This document shows positions 28,101 through 43,300 of a DNA stretch of 64,000 nucleotides, piece by piece. Every line of letters begins with the position of its first letter. The first letter of the stretch is position 1. This stretch comes from the human T2T-CHM13v2.0 reference genome, Homo sapiens: assembly GCF_009914755.1 (NCBI RefSeq), contig NC_060929.1; one strand, given 5' to 3'. Position numbers and translations under genes: made by a program. The notes beneath the pieces are model-generated. The model was not told where the DNA came from. It saw only the letters and a program-made list of their open reading frames with translations, and did not search any database.

Positions 28101-31100
28101 CTGAAGAAATGCTTTCCACTCAAGGGAATTTTTAAAAAAATGTTCAAAGGGATTGCTTTTCTGTTTCACAATGCTTGAGTCCACTGAAATTTTTTTTGGG
28201 GGGGCAAGCTAAACGCTCTGCAAAGGTCAAAGCAGTCCCAAATGTCAAAACATTTTCTCCTGCCCCACATTTAAGTAGGTGAAAAGCCTGTTCACAGCAT
28301 ATCTCTGCCTAAGACCTAACTTAGTTCTTTAGTGTTTGTGTTTGTTTGTTTGTTTTAGTTTTAGTTTTTATTTATTCAACATTTTAACTCTCGGTTATAT
28401 TTATTTCGTCATCAAGTTTCACATAAAGTATGCTAAATTTTCCAACTACCTCATAAATCAACGGAAGACCCAAAGTATATTTTGTTTAGAAAGTTGCCAT
28501 TAAAAAGCATTTAGAAAGCCACATTGCTGAAGGCAAAGACACTTGGGAGGTAGAAGCTGGCAGGAATCCAGCATTCTTTGATCTATCTCCATTTCTATCT
28601 GTCTAATTCACATATAGGTTATTTAATGTATATTATATTGTAGTAGTGATGTAGTACGTATTTTAGTATACATTGTTTTTTTATTTTCTCATTTATATTA
28701 TGCTTTGAAAATTATGTTGACAATTTTTGAGAAATGCTTTATATGTGACGGTAATATTAACTTTGATTTTTTTCTATTCAGCATAGTAAAAACAAGTGTT
28801 GGTTCTAATAAGGCTGAAAGACACAAATCATATTTTTTATTTACTTTTACAAAAAAAAGGTTAAGATCTATTTTCTTTCTCAGAAGATTATTTGGATTGA
28901 CTTCTATATTACAGATGGGTTATTTCATAAACTTTGGTAACCCCAAAATTGAAAAGCCATTTAAACTGATTTAAGCTCCTATTTACATATGGGAAGAGAA
29001 TTTTAAAAAATTATTTTCACATATTGTATATAGAATTTTCCTCACGTATGTATCATCTTGATTTAAATACATACACACATACATGTAAAATTAAATATAT
29101 ATGTAAAATTAAATATATATAAAATTCAGAGATAAAAATATCAAATATTTCTAACCCATATGTAATTGTAATTGAAGACAAAATATTATTAACAAAAAGT
29201 ACAGCATTCATTTCTAAGATTCCACTATTAGTAAGTTCAACTTCTCTTTATGGAAATCTTTCTGTTCCCAGGGAGCCCTCTAAATCATGTAATCATGTAG
29301 ACATATTCTAAGTGATGGTCCTACGCTTTTTAATGGAGACATCCAAATGCTCATGTGTCATACTGAGATATTAAGCATTCCCTTTAATAATGTATTTTTT
29401 TAATGTTGGTACCTCTGGGATAATATTATCAGAGTAAATTATATTATTTTTGAAAATCTAGTCTTACAATCTGAGAAGGTTTGAGTATTTTGGAGTCCCA
29501 AATTAAAATTCGTGTCAGGGTAGTACCTCTTGGTTAGGAAGATGTAAACCAGCTGCACAGCAGCAAGCAGAGAGCAGAGGACTCCTAGATGTCCAGCAGT
29601 CCAGTCTGGACTGGGGCACTACCAGGACAACAGAATTTTGAGTTAGCAGTGATTTATTGGGTTTTAGTTTTTCTTTCCTCAGGCTTTGTGTTCCCTACAT
29701 CATCTTTATTCCTTTGTCCCAAAGTAAAATACGTTTTTATTATTATTACTATATTATTATGTCCTATTATTAATAGTGCTGGGATAAACAAGAGGAACCT
29801 AATTTAGGCTAAGCACTGAAATCCACCCAGAAATTGTGGGAGGAATCCCAAAAAAAGTAGTAACAGGTGAAATTCAGAATTGAAATAATTGGTGAAGTAG
29901 ACTCAATTTCATGGAAGGTTGAACTAGAATGAAGTATTTGGGTATGACGAGAAAGGAAAGCTATGGAAGAATGGAAAACCTAGATGTACATCTCCTATTA
30001 CAGATGAGACTATAGCAATGGAGATGCAGATATTAATAAAGTTGATGTCATAGGTTAGCCAGACTATCTCCAAATAATGACATTTTTGGATGTTTTTTAA
30101 AATTTGATCTTTTGTTTTTTTCTAAAATGCTAATCCCATCTTAGTAATTTGTATGTAATATTTGAAAAATAACATTATTTAACACATTTTATAACCTAGA
30201 ATTAATCCCAGTCTACTTTGTAATTGTTTCACTCTAGTCTATCATTAGAAAATATTAGCAAATTATCTAGAGTTATTTTTTATGATCTTGGTGTCACTTT
30301 GTGAGCAGGTTGAGGTAATGTAATTGTTATATGTAGCATTTACATATGCTGAAATCAAGCTCATGGTAAAGCTTTTGCATATTTCTTAACACACAGAGAA
30401 GAAAAATTAGTACAAAGATAGTATTCAGCTCCCATTTAGCTGAGAAAATATTGGTCATTCAATTATGAAATACGTAAATAAGTAAATCAACACAAATGAA
30501 AGAGAGTTTTAAATTTACTCGTCGGAAACAATAATCTTATATATCCTTTGAAATAAAATAAGTTTTAAATATAACAGAAAATTTAAGACAGAGTCATTTC
30601 TCTACATGCAAAATTCTTAATATTCGTCTACCACATAGGGAATTTGAAGTTTTTCATATTATTGAGTTCTCCAAACAATGATTGCAATTTGAAGTATCTG
30701 TGAAATTAAATACATTACAAGAAGTGTCAGCCTGTTGGAAGGTTGGGTTTAGAAAGTGGACACCACTGGAACAGGTGATATTAACTTATATTCTTTGTTC
30801 TGACTGCACTGTGATAATATATTCATTATAATTTATTTTATATAACTTGTGATGGCATTAATATTTCATAATATAGGCTTATAGTATTTAAATATGAAAA
30901 CTTAATTATCTGAATTGCCTACTATGTTATTTTGAGTACAAATAATGCCATGTCAATTAATATTTAATTTAAAAAAACAATTATTTAAAATGGTTGTTTG
31001 TTTCCAAAGTAAGGGTTAAGCAAATACACTTAAACAGCTTAAAAATAAAAATGAAAATATACCTCTGCATTTATACTTTTAGATGTGTAAAATAATTACT

Positions 31101-31477
31101 TAACTTCTTTTTTTCTGGAAACCAACAATTCCATGAATTTTATATTTACACAATTGGCATTTACTGCTATTAAATATTAAAATACTATACTTAATTACTG
31201 CAGAATAATAAACTAAAAAAATTAACCAAATGTGATGATAATTTGCTTTTCAGTAGCTTGAATTATTTTAGTGTTAGTACTGAATTATTTTAAGTGATGT
31301 TATTATAAGGTAAGATATATGTCTATCTTAAGTGTTTATTTTGTGCATATTATTGTTAATTATATATTTTTTAAGAAAGTTGCACAGACTTTTGTTTTAT
31401 ACATCTTGATCCGATGTATTATTTTCTATGCCATTATGAAAATAACTGAGAAAAAATTTTAAGAACATTTAAGAATT

Positions 31478-31522
31478 CACACACGCACACACACACACAC
31501 ACACTATATATATATATATATG
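31478..31522. repeat. (CA)n(TA)n microsatellite
   Basis: Directly visible. Confidence 0.92.
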
Positions 31523-34507
31523 CCTAGTGTTCAATACATTTTAAGGTTATTCTTGGTTATTAAATGCTTTAAGTGTAGCTAGTACATAGTTCATGGGATA
31601 ATTGAGCTCAGATATTTTATCTGGATAAATAGTATTTTAAAACCCTCATACAATTGACGGTTAATTCTTTTAGAATAATGTGTATTTAAACACTGTTATC
31701 AAAATATATCCTTAATTTTGGGAAGTGTTCAATGGCTGATAAATCAACTAGTAAAACTACTTCTAAGTGTAGATTTGGCTTACTTTCTTTTGAAAACTGA
31801 TGAAAATGATTATTTTATAGAGTTTAATCATGGAATAAATATTGACTCAAATATTATAAAATGCCAGTAGAAATGAAGGCATATTAGGGGAGTCTCTCCT
31901 ATTTTCATATTATAATCTGGGCCATCCAAAAGAGGGAGCTAAAGCATTGTGTTAAGCAGTTTGGTTTTATGAATGTGAGGTTTGGAGCAGTTTTACACAT
32001 GAATTGCACACTGTGTCTATATGTACATTTAACTGAGTTTGACGTTGACTTATTAATGACATATTAATAGTCAGCACTTATGATCTACAATTGTATATTC
32101 CCCCAGAAGAAAATGTTTTTCAACAATCAGAAAATAATAAAAATATATTACAAAAGTTGGAAGAAATATTAATTAAAATCTCTTCCTAAATTTTGAGTCT
32201 TATAAAGGAGAAAAATCATATAAGCCTCATATAACTTCCATCACATGATTTATTTCCCTACACTTATACAAGTAAGACTAATAACATTGAAGTTTTGTCC
32301 ATACTCATGAATACTCTTTTAAAATAGTATAAAATATGATGCAGTTATAAAGTTCCAAACAGGAGTGTATAAGATTTTATATAACGTCAACAATATCATT
32401 GGCAAAGAGATCCTGTATGCTAATTATGTGTGGTTTATCCAACACAGCTGCTCTTCATGTTCCCCATAGACTGGGGCAAGATATCATTATAAATAAAGGT
32501 TCATTGCTAGAGTAAAAGAGAATCTGTAGAACTTTATTGTAAAACTGCATTTTACAACAGGATTAATTTAATTAGTGAATAGATTAATTTCCTTCTTCAT
32601 AACATCAGGAAGAAATCTCTAACTCCAGAAGGAAATCACAAGAAGAGGAGATAATTTACCTATAAATAATTAATTTTCATGTAAATAGACTGTGAAAACA
32701 AAATGTTTAATTCACTATCGGATACTCTCGTGTTGTTATGTTTCCTCCAGACATTACATTGAAACAGAGGGTGTTGCTCTTTTGTGAATTGGGGGTGCTT
32801 ATCTTACACCTTCATGCTTTTCTTATTACTCCCATAACACTATAGATAAAACACGGTTAAGAATAGTAATTTCTGATGCGTCTAGTATCTGAAGTTCCTT
32901 ACAGAGAATTTTTTTAATACATAAACCAATGAAATATCAAGCACAGAATTTTGGAAACATGCCAATATATAATCTCTCAATGAAATAACTGATTGTACAT
33001 GTTTTTTTTAATCTAGTTTTTCACAAATTGAGTTTTTTTAAAGGATCATTGGACCTTAGAATTATTTATTCTTTGAATGATTCCAACATTTACCTTTAAA
33101 ATTGTCAGACTGACATGTATACGTTGTCTTCTTCAAAGGATTGAACAGTTGTATTGACAAATTTCTCCATACCACACAATTCCTTGATATAATAATTTGT
33201 AAATGCAAATAGTATCAAACATAGCACAATGTTATAGTTGCATAAACATATATAACGAGTTCAGTCAAATGAGTTGATTACTAATTGAATTAGTCATACC
33301 ACACAATTTAAAATAGATAACTGATGGCTGAAACATATGTTTCTTTTAGGTGGCTGATAACTGAATTTGTTACGGGGTAATGCCAGATGTGACTGTCTTG
33401 ACTGCACAGTTTAAGCAGAGTGTTCTGCAGACAGGGTAAACGAATACATTTCTGAATATGTCGGACAATAATGAAATTCTAAACCACATTCTTTTTATAC
33501 ACAGAAAGACTGATATCCATGTGGGAAAATTTAGGCAATATGGAAGTCAATGGAACAGACTCAGTTCTGGTGCTAAACCGGTCACCAACACAGAGGACTC
33601 CACATCTTAGAAAAGGTCTTCAGGGAGTCCAGTTCTGAGGCCATGATATTTAGACTTTTGGATACTTCCAAGTAGTTCAGTTATTTGTATTGTTCTTTTT
33701 TTTTTATTTTCCTTATAGGATGGAAGCTTATTACAAAAGTGGTTGAAAGTTTAATACGACTATTTTCAAGCAAAGTTGTAAATGACTTTGAAACTGAAAG
33801 AGCCCTTAGATGTCTTCTAGCCTCTTTCCATCATTTTAAAAATGAAGACGTTAAGCCCCAGTGTGGAAAATGAATACAAGATCCCTCTCTTTCTGATCTT
33901 TTGACTCCCATCCATTGCTCTCTTTACAATACTAATGGTGTAATGTATATGGTGGAGTGTAATTCCACCACATACAATTTGGGAAATGTTTAGTTAACTC
34001 TTTAGTACTGGAAGACAGAATAGACACTTTGCATAAATCAATTCTTTCTTCTTCACTCGGGAGGCTCGGTTGATTCATCATATTTTTGTTTTAGGAAGAT
34101 TTTCATAGAAAGCCAGGCCCAACCACAGTAGTGAATTCAATGGTACTCATTTTTCTCTGTTTGTTACTTATGCTTAATACAATGCCATATTTTACATGTA
34201 AAGGATTATGAAACAAAAATAATTTTGTAAAAATATATAGATTCTCATTGATAATGAATTCTTATTTATATAACTACTCTAGTAGGCCTGGATTCTACTC
34301 TTTTTTGTTTATTTGTTTGTTTGCTGCAGGGTCACTTTTTAAACAATTTCTCAGGGTGTTGGTATTCTTACCTGTAAAATCAGTCAATTAATTATACTGT
34401 AAATTTGCTTTCTTCTTGCTGTAATAATCCGTAACTATATTGAATCATTCTTTTCTTAAAGTTCTTATATCCAACAGAGATAAAATCTTGTAGGATTAAC
34501 ATTTTTA

Positions 34508-34858
<351 letters not shown>

Positions 34859-37119
34859 TTAATTTCATTAGAAACCATTTTAACTTGACCCTATTTTTAT
34901 TAATGATGAAAACTGGACAAATATTTTCTAAGAACCATGTTTTTCACACATTTTCAAATATATTTTTCATACTCTCATAAATAGAGATTTTTATTCTCTG
35001 TGCCCTTGGAAAGTATGACTGCTTACATAATTTTTAACTATTTTTCAATTTTTTCAATATGTTCTTATTGTTACTCCCACTCTGCATTCATGATTAATTA
35101 TATGGTATTTTTAAAAGCCAGTGTAAATTTCTTTTGAAAAAATGTAGTGTCACATCAAGTAAAATCCCAGTCAGGACAAAACATCTTTTCAATCATTTAT
35201 TTGGAGGTATAATTATGTTTTGTTTTCCACCTTCCTAAGAGTCTAGGCAAGAAAAACTAAAATATGTAAGGAAAAGTGTTACTACTCTTCTCAAACACAG
35301 TAGTGAAATTATCTTGAGCCACTATTAGAAACTGACAGTTTGAGTATATATTTGAGTGAATGTAATAATAATAAACAAGAATAACAATAAACTCTTTGAT
35401 ACTTGCATTACCACAGTCATTAACAACAATTCCAAGAATTCTAATTATCTACATTTTTGCATGAGAAAACTGATATTTGGAGAAATGAAATAAATTAATT
35501 GATACGACATTGAAACTTATGTTCTGACTAAGAGCCTGAATTCTTAACCATTACGTTTAATATTTAGGTATACTAGAGTTGATTTCTACTCTGTAGCTGA
35601 AAACATAGGGCTAGTAGTTTGAGCTGGGAATGGAGGTGCAGGAAAGTAGGAGACATAGAGTTAGCACGGATCAAAAGTCATAAATACCATATCACTTACA
35701 ATGCAGCATATGATTTAGTATGATAGTTAAGCAATGCAGAAAAAAATAATAATTTAGCAAAACAGGATTCACCCAAAATACAGTGTTGCATTTCCTTATA
35801 GAAAATATCTATTAATTTTTTTGTGATATAATCTTAAAAATCCAAATTGGGTATTATTTATTTCTTACAACATTTCAGCCAAAATGTGTAATCTATTGTG
35901 TAGATTGAGAAGCATATTATCTGTGTGTTATTTGGGGAAAGAATATTGGCATTACAACTGTTTAATTCACACAAGCGGTATAGACCTATCAATGTATTTT
36001 GAGTAACACGCTGACAGATATTTTTAAGGAAAGTTTTCCAAGCATTCTGCTAAAAGCTTAAAGTTCAATGTTTAGTAAATACATTGCATATCAGGAGATT
36101 CAAGAAAAGATGACTGGGCTCATCACCTAATACAGATATGGTACGGAAAATAACTGGAGACCAATCAGAAGACTGACCAGAGTCCTGATACAAAGAAACA
36201 CAGGCTACTTTAGTACAATTAACTCAGAAAGCTTAACTGGAGATCATCAAAAGAATAAGTCAATAAAGAGGGAAGAGAAGCCGTAAAAGTACCAAAGAAA
36301 TAAAGGTTGGCATGAAGCAATAGACAAAGTGCTAACAGTGGAACCTGCAAGACAACAAACAGTTTCTGGGAATTAGAGAAGAAATGCCATTGTGTAATTA
36401 GGTTCCTTCTTTTGGAAACTGTACTTAAAGGATGGAAAATGTTCAAGATAAAAAATCACACAGATAGGGAAGGACTTGACCTTTGGCGACATTTGAGAGA
36501 AGTCTAGAACAACAGGTTCTTATTCTCTCGTGCCTCCATGAAGAATAGAACCTCCCTCAACATTCAGACTAAAGGAGCGTCAATCCATTTAACAGAATTA
36601 TATTTTTTGGAGAGTTGTAAGATTGTGTCCTGTATTATTATAAATAAAGATGCAGAAGTTGACAGAGACATATACTGATATATATTCTTACACTAAGTTC
36701 CCACTTCCTGCCTTAGCTTCAGTGAGTCTTTCACTTATAACCAGGAGGCACTGGAGAACTAAGTTTTTTGGACACTCACAGTTAAAATTTTAATACTTTA
36801 TAGTAGCTGCTTGAACTCTCTGTTTGAAATTTATTAATAGCAATATTTAATGAAATTCTAACTTTGTATACATAAAAAGATGAACATTATATCATATTGG
36901 AATATCTTATTTAATCAAGCAAGAAAAAAATAGAATGTAGGTTTTAATTAATAAAACACTGAAACAAGAAATGGAAAGTGTCCAGTTCACATTCTTATTA
37001 TATGTTTATAATTGCTGAGATAAGCATAATATAACAATGTGGGGTTTATGAATTAAATTAACTAGAGTTAGAATTCTATTCTAACATGAGTAAATTTCGT
37101 TAACATACCAGGGCTGTTT

Positions 37120-37450
37120 CACCTGTCATTTTTGCTACCCAAAATGGTATGTGTCATAATATTTCCTTCTCCTCATTTGGATCCAATTCAAATGTCACCT
37201 TCTCCAAGAAACCTCCCTCACCAAGTTCATAAAGCTCTACTTACCTCTCCAATCACTCTCCATTATACCACCTGTTTACACAGAATTTAAAAATATTTTA
37301 ATTATTCTTTTTGTTATTTGTATCACTCCTCTAGAAAATACCTTCTTGTGATTAAAAACTTTGTATCATACTCACTGCTACAATATTAGCACCCAGAAAA
37401 ATGTATGATGCATAGTAAAGTTTGAACAAACATTTGGTGCTAATGCTTGA
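37120..37450 (+). mobile_element. L2 3' fragment
   Basis: ttcaaatgtcaccttctccaagaaacctccct...ctcactgct...tagcacccagaa...catagta. Confidence 0.6.
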
Positions 37451-38857
37451 CTATAGAAAAAAAATTAGTAAATACTATAAATTTAAATATTTTGTATATT
37501 TTATAAACATTAACTCCAGTTGACAATGCATTAGGAAAACCAGTAAATCATTAACATTCACCAAAAATATACTGTTCAAATTAATTTTGGTGAATGTTAC
37601 TTGCAAGTATGCAATCATTATTACCATTTTTGTTAGAATCATATTTTTCAAACCACAATAAAATCCTTATATAAATGAATCATCTTTCATAAGTTGTAGT
37701 CATTTTAAGGTCAAGAATGGCATTCACTTTACAGTTGTTAATGCAATTCAAGACTAAAAGGGGGAAGTCGTAAATAGATTAAAAAACCAAACTCAAATAC
37801 TTGGCATTAAAATAGATTATGATATGAGAGCCTATGAAATTTTATTATTATTGACTTAAAAGACTTTCATCATTCACTCACATCTCCAAGATCCATGAGT
37901 AGTATACTCATTTTAACTTCAAGCGATAAAGTGTAGAGTGTTCTATCTATGATATTGAGTATTCTATATTAATTTCAAGTAATATAAACTTGCAACACAA
38001 AATTGTTCAAAATATTAAGTATTTCCATTGTGTGCTATGTCAACTTAAGGAACCTTATGATGTGAATATTTACATTCAGACTTAGCCTATCTAATTTCAA
38101 GAACAATGAAATTAATCATTAAATTAATCTAGGCCACTGTCCTACTTTTGTATATGGTGGGTCTCAATACCCTTTACCCAGATATAAAGAACCTGAACCA
38201 TAACCATCTTAAGAATAATGGTAGTCATTAAAGAAGCCATCAATTGTGTCTCCTCATAAAACCCTACAATGTAGTTACTGCTAATATCTTAGTTTTGCAC
38301 AGGAAGCTCCTGGAGCCCCAAGGCATTAGAAGACTTTCTCAAACTCACACATGAAGTATAGAGTATAACTAATTTTTGTAAGTAGGATATCTGGCTCCAG
38401 GACTCTACCTGTCCTTACGCTGACTATCAAAAAATATTGCCTACTAAACTTCTTGTTTACTACATTTTATACATGGGACAATTTGCACCCAGAAGTAAAG
38501 ATAACCTACTAGCAAAACAGAGAAAGTAAATATGGGAGCTGGGAAGAGATCATGGGTCTCCACATGCATGGGGCTGACATCATCAGCCTAGTGCACTTTT
38601 GTTTTTATTCTGATAAAATTGTGTTGTTGATCATACACGTTTCAATTTATGAACTGTTAAGCAGTCCATACATTTTTGGGGGGATATGAAACTCTCTATG
38701 GATAACATGAAAGCTGTAGTCTTTCTTCCAGTAAACTCAAATTAAAACATAAATACAATATTTTTGGACAGATTTCAGAATAGTTTTGACTATTTAAAAT
38801 GTATACTTTGACATTATAGGGCAGTAGCCCTCAGGTTTTTGTGATCAAGAATTTCTA

Positions 38858-39153
38858 GGCCAGGCATGGTGGCTCACGCCTGTAATCCTAGCACTTTGGG
38901 AAGCTGAAGTGGACAGATCACTTGTGCTCAGGAATTCAAGACCAGCCTGGCCAACGTGGTGAAACCCATCTCTACCAAAAAATACAAAAGTTAGCTGGGA
39001 ATGTTGGCACGCACCTGTAGTCCCAGATACTTGGGAGGTTGAATCACAATAATCACTTGAACCCAAGAGGCAGACGTTGCAGTGAGCCAAGATCCTGCCA
39101 CTACACTCCAGCCTGGGCGACAGAATGAGACCTGTCTCAAAAAAAAAAAAAAA
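38858..39153 (+). mobile_element. Alu (AluJ/old S-like)
   Basis: Dimeric Alu with poly(A). ttgtgctcaggaattc and gagacctgtctc are J-like. Confidence 0.96.
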
Positions 39154-39999
39154 TTCCTTGGTAACAATAAATACCCTAGACTCCTCTTTCTGAATTTACT
39201 GTATACTGCATAGGGCTTGATATAGTCTTTAATAATTGATAGGTACTGTTGTAATGGACTGGTAGTTGAGAATGATATTTGAATAACAGAAAATCATATG
39301 AAAAAGGGCATGAAGTCAGGCAAGGACAAGTCTTTTCCACAAAGTGTGGTATCTGTTTTGACGAGAGTGATTTTCACTAGAGTGATTTTGAAAGTACACT
39401 TGGAGATAATTCAATTCCTCAAGTATTTCCTGACAAAATTCTGTTTCAAGTACATTTTTAGGTACTGGTTTATAGATATAAATGAAAAACCATATTTTAA
39501 GACTCAGAATATAGCAGAAAAAAATTAAAATACAGGAAAAAACCAATTGCCAAAAACCAAAAACTTAGATTCAAGAAATGTACTTCCTTACATTTCTGGA
39601 TGTGATGGAGTGTTGGTAGGGATACAGAGAGAGAAGATTACTTGAACAGATCCTTACTTGACAAAATTATATTTTGTAGAATGTATCAATAGTTAAAGGA
39701 ATTGTTGGCCACGTGAACAACTAAAAGATTACTTAAATATTATGGCAAAAGAGGTATTAATTTTCTCAAGAAGAATGATCCAAGGACTAAATAGGAAAGG
39801 CCAATGTAAGATATAGTAAAGGTTATATCTCACTCAATTTGACAACATCTTATTTTAAAAGAGATAATTACAAATCATGGAAACTTTTTTTTTCTATACG
39901 AAGCTTTTGGAAACATTGAGGAATAATGAAAACATGACCTTAAACTAATTTGAAATGTTATAGCATAATTATTGTGTTAATTCATATTAAGATTATTGG

Positions 40000-40310
40000 T
40001 TTCAATTTTAGAGGCAATATCAAAGAGAATTCACTTCACACAGGGTTAGTTCCTGGTAGGATATGATCTATAAAATATTTCTCACATAATTGGAGTAATG
40101 TGGGATGTTTATACTGAAGAGAAAATATAGTAGGCTAAACAAAATTTTCTTTGAATGAATTTAATGCTATTAAATAGAGGTGGAATAAAGATCAGTTCCA
40201 AGCTATCTAGACAAAACAAAGTCAGAGAGAGAGAAAGTTACAAGCAGATATTTTATCACAATGACAAGAAAAGAATCTCTATGTGAAGTTGTTTGAAACA
40301 GTGGTCTACA
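40000..40310 (+). mobile_element. L3/CR1 fragment
   Basis: gggatgtttatactgaagagaa...agaaagttacaagcagatattt...aagaaaagaatctct resembles the CR1/L3 3' region. Confidence 0.4.
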
Positions 40311-43300
40311 AGTGAAGGTGCTCTTCCCAGCGCAGCAGGTGCAGCCTCATCACAGCACAGTACCTAAGATGTAGTAAGTGTTCAATAAGGAGAAAATTTA
40401 AATGTAAGGCAATGACATAATCAGGTAATGGATGGATGAATAAATTATTACCAAAAAAAATCTAAGGATCTTTTTCCTGATTACGAGTCTAAATGAGAGG
40501 AAAGTGAAGGGCTCATACAGGATCCCAAATAGACTTCTCAAGGAATCTGCACACATTTGGGAGATCACACTACAGTGGTGGTGTTTTGAGAAGCATTGCT
40601 TCCTACACCTACAAATTATAAGATGGGCTGACATCGCTATGACATGGAAGTGAGACACAAGATCAGCTTCTTAATGTGAAAAGTTAGATACGTCAATTAT
40701 GGGGCTCCCGAGGCCAAGCAGAAAGTATAAAAACATTTTGCCACTTTGTCTCTCCACTCCACCTACCTCCATTAAAGGTAGTAATAAGTATACAAGGATA
40801 TCCTTTGCTTTTCAAGCCTCAGTTTTTCTTAACAATTCTCCAAAATTCTCATGCAACTGTATACCTGCAGGACTGCATTGTTGGAAGAGTAGACAGGTCT
40901 TCTTGTTAGTAAAAGTACTTCTCCTCGTTCTACTTATCTCTTCTTCGTGAATTGTGACCTTGACAATACTCAACTCCCTGTAAGGTTCATTTCCCGTAGT
41001 AGGGAGAGATGGGGGAGAGGAGAGGAGGTTCTAAAGCTGATCATAAAATACATTGATCCATTTTTATTAGTTTCCACATCTAAGGAGTTTCTGATGTTGA
41101 AAAAGCCACTTTTTTTTTAGCAATTAACTGAATAATCTCCCAAAATGAATGCCAGGTTAAAAAGGAGAAGCACTTTTAGTTAAATTTATTCCGTCTTTGA
41201 AGTAAAAGAGTGGGGTAGGGAATAATGAACCAGGGAAAGCAGAAAAGCAGGGGGGATGGAAATAGAAGTAGCAGAGAAGCAGGGATTAAAAAAAAAAAAA
41301 AGCTGTACTGAAGTCAAGAAACACAGGTGCTCAAAAGCAAAAATATAAATAAGTCATCACAGTTTATTGCAAGGAGAAGACTTAACTGCTTTCTAGGTAT
41401 CAGCATAGATTTATGCTCAATTTGTTAGAAAGCAGTAGACAACATACAACCTAAGTCAACTTTATTTTAGCCATCAAATGATTTAGAATTAAAGCATAAC
41501 AAAAAAATACAGAAGGAGATGAGTGTGGATATCTTTCCTCAAAGATTATATTTAAAGGAGCAAATACATATAACACTCAGCACATGAATCTAGTATATTA
41601 AATATAGTGAGAGTAATTCTTTACATCTAGATATAATTATATACTTAGTATATTATTTGAATTTTTTTAGTGTATATGTTATCTAGAACATTTTAAATCA
41701 CATGCTAACTACTAAAAATATCTTCTGTAATCCTAACTTATATGCTTTCTTTTCTGCAGGCTAACATTGGTTACAAATCTACTTTTTTTCAAGTTGGTTA
41801 TTTAATACGTTTAAATTTTTCTCACCATAAAGGTAATTAAAGATCACTTTCATACAAGGCTGCTTAACATAAGCCAAAAACTGAGAAAGAAATATAACTA
41901 AAACATTACATAATTAGAATTGGATAAATGATTACAACTGCTATTTTAATAAAAAATTCATACCACTGAAGGTTTATAAAACATCCCTTATTCATAGAAA
42001 ACCGCTATATTGTATGACTATACATAGAATTCTAAAATGATAAAATACTTATTTTTCAAGATATCTTTTCAAATTCATACTTTATAGAACAAAATATTAT
42101 TTTTAAGTGGTTAGGATACATTTCTTCAAATAGATAACTGAAGTAGAATTTTCAATCTGGGTTAAAATCTCCTCACACTCTATATAGGCCTTTTACTCAC
42201 ATTTTCCTGTAATTTAGGAAGATTACAATTTATGGTCATTGCAATATAAATATAAGACATACATAAGTCACATATTTACTCTGCAATAACATTGTATTAT
42301 TTCCTGAATGTGTGTTTAAAAATTTATTCAATGTAAGACTTCAACAGACCTAGTTTAGTCTTAGGCTTATGGAAGAATTTTCTTGCCCATGTTTAATAAA
42401 GGGTTGCAGTGATCCCAAAGCCAATGCTTTATCTGTCAACTAGCAAACTTGCATGCCTAATAGGTCTGGAAGGAGCAAAAGGTCTACAATGGCAACATTT
42501 TTCAATGTAAACGGTTGTGTGACTGTGCTACTGAGTCTGCTATGGACTCCCACGCCTCTCGTGTCTTCATTCTGTCATTTGGTCTCTGTAGGTTTCAACA
42601 TTAATCTTTGGGTATAAATGCTTATGAACTCCCAGTAGCTAGTGACACATACTTATTTCAAGAAATTTTATCAGAACAATTCTCTTCTTAATTTTCTAAA
42701 ATCACAAATGATTCCAAAGTTGAAACTTACTTTCCTATTTAAATAAAATCATCTGACATATTTAGCTATTGAAAAACCAAGTTTAACAAAGGTCACAGGT
42801 CCAAAGTTGTGAGGGTGAGACACATAACACATATTTATATATTTAGCTGTCTATATATAGAGATATGTATAAATATGAACAGACTATTGATAAAAACTTT
42901 CCATTTTAATATGCTGAAATAGCCCTATAATATTTTTAAGAGCACTTTATTATTGATATTCACCATTTGTATTTTAATAGAACTTCATATTTTAAACTAA
43001 AGTTCATTATAATTATAAAGATAAATATATTTATTACAAGTGTAATAATATTCTTTATTGTCAGTGATTGTATTAGGCATCTGAATTCTAAACTAAACAA
43101 AAAAGACAGATGAATATCATTTGAATAAATAAGTGTACATATTATTATAATAGTTAATTATTTAATTTTTGGAAAATTATGTATTGTCAGAATCTGACAT
43201 CTTATTTAATGCTAGTGTATGAAAAAGCTGAATTAAAACCATATTAAATATGTCACATCATCTAGATAAACTGGCAAAACTTAGGGGAGGCAGAAAACTA

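Noticed and set aside
29083-29118. Short tandem duplications (18 bp here; 16 bp at 43365-43396; 15-bp repeat at about 57178-57213) and a 14-bp palindrome at 61714-61727
   Set aside because: Ordinary slippage products or chance in AT-rich DNA, with no context suggesting function.
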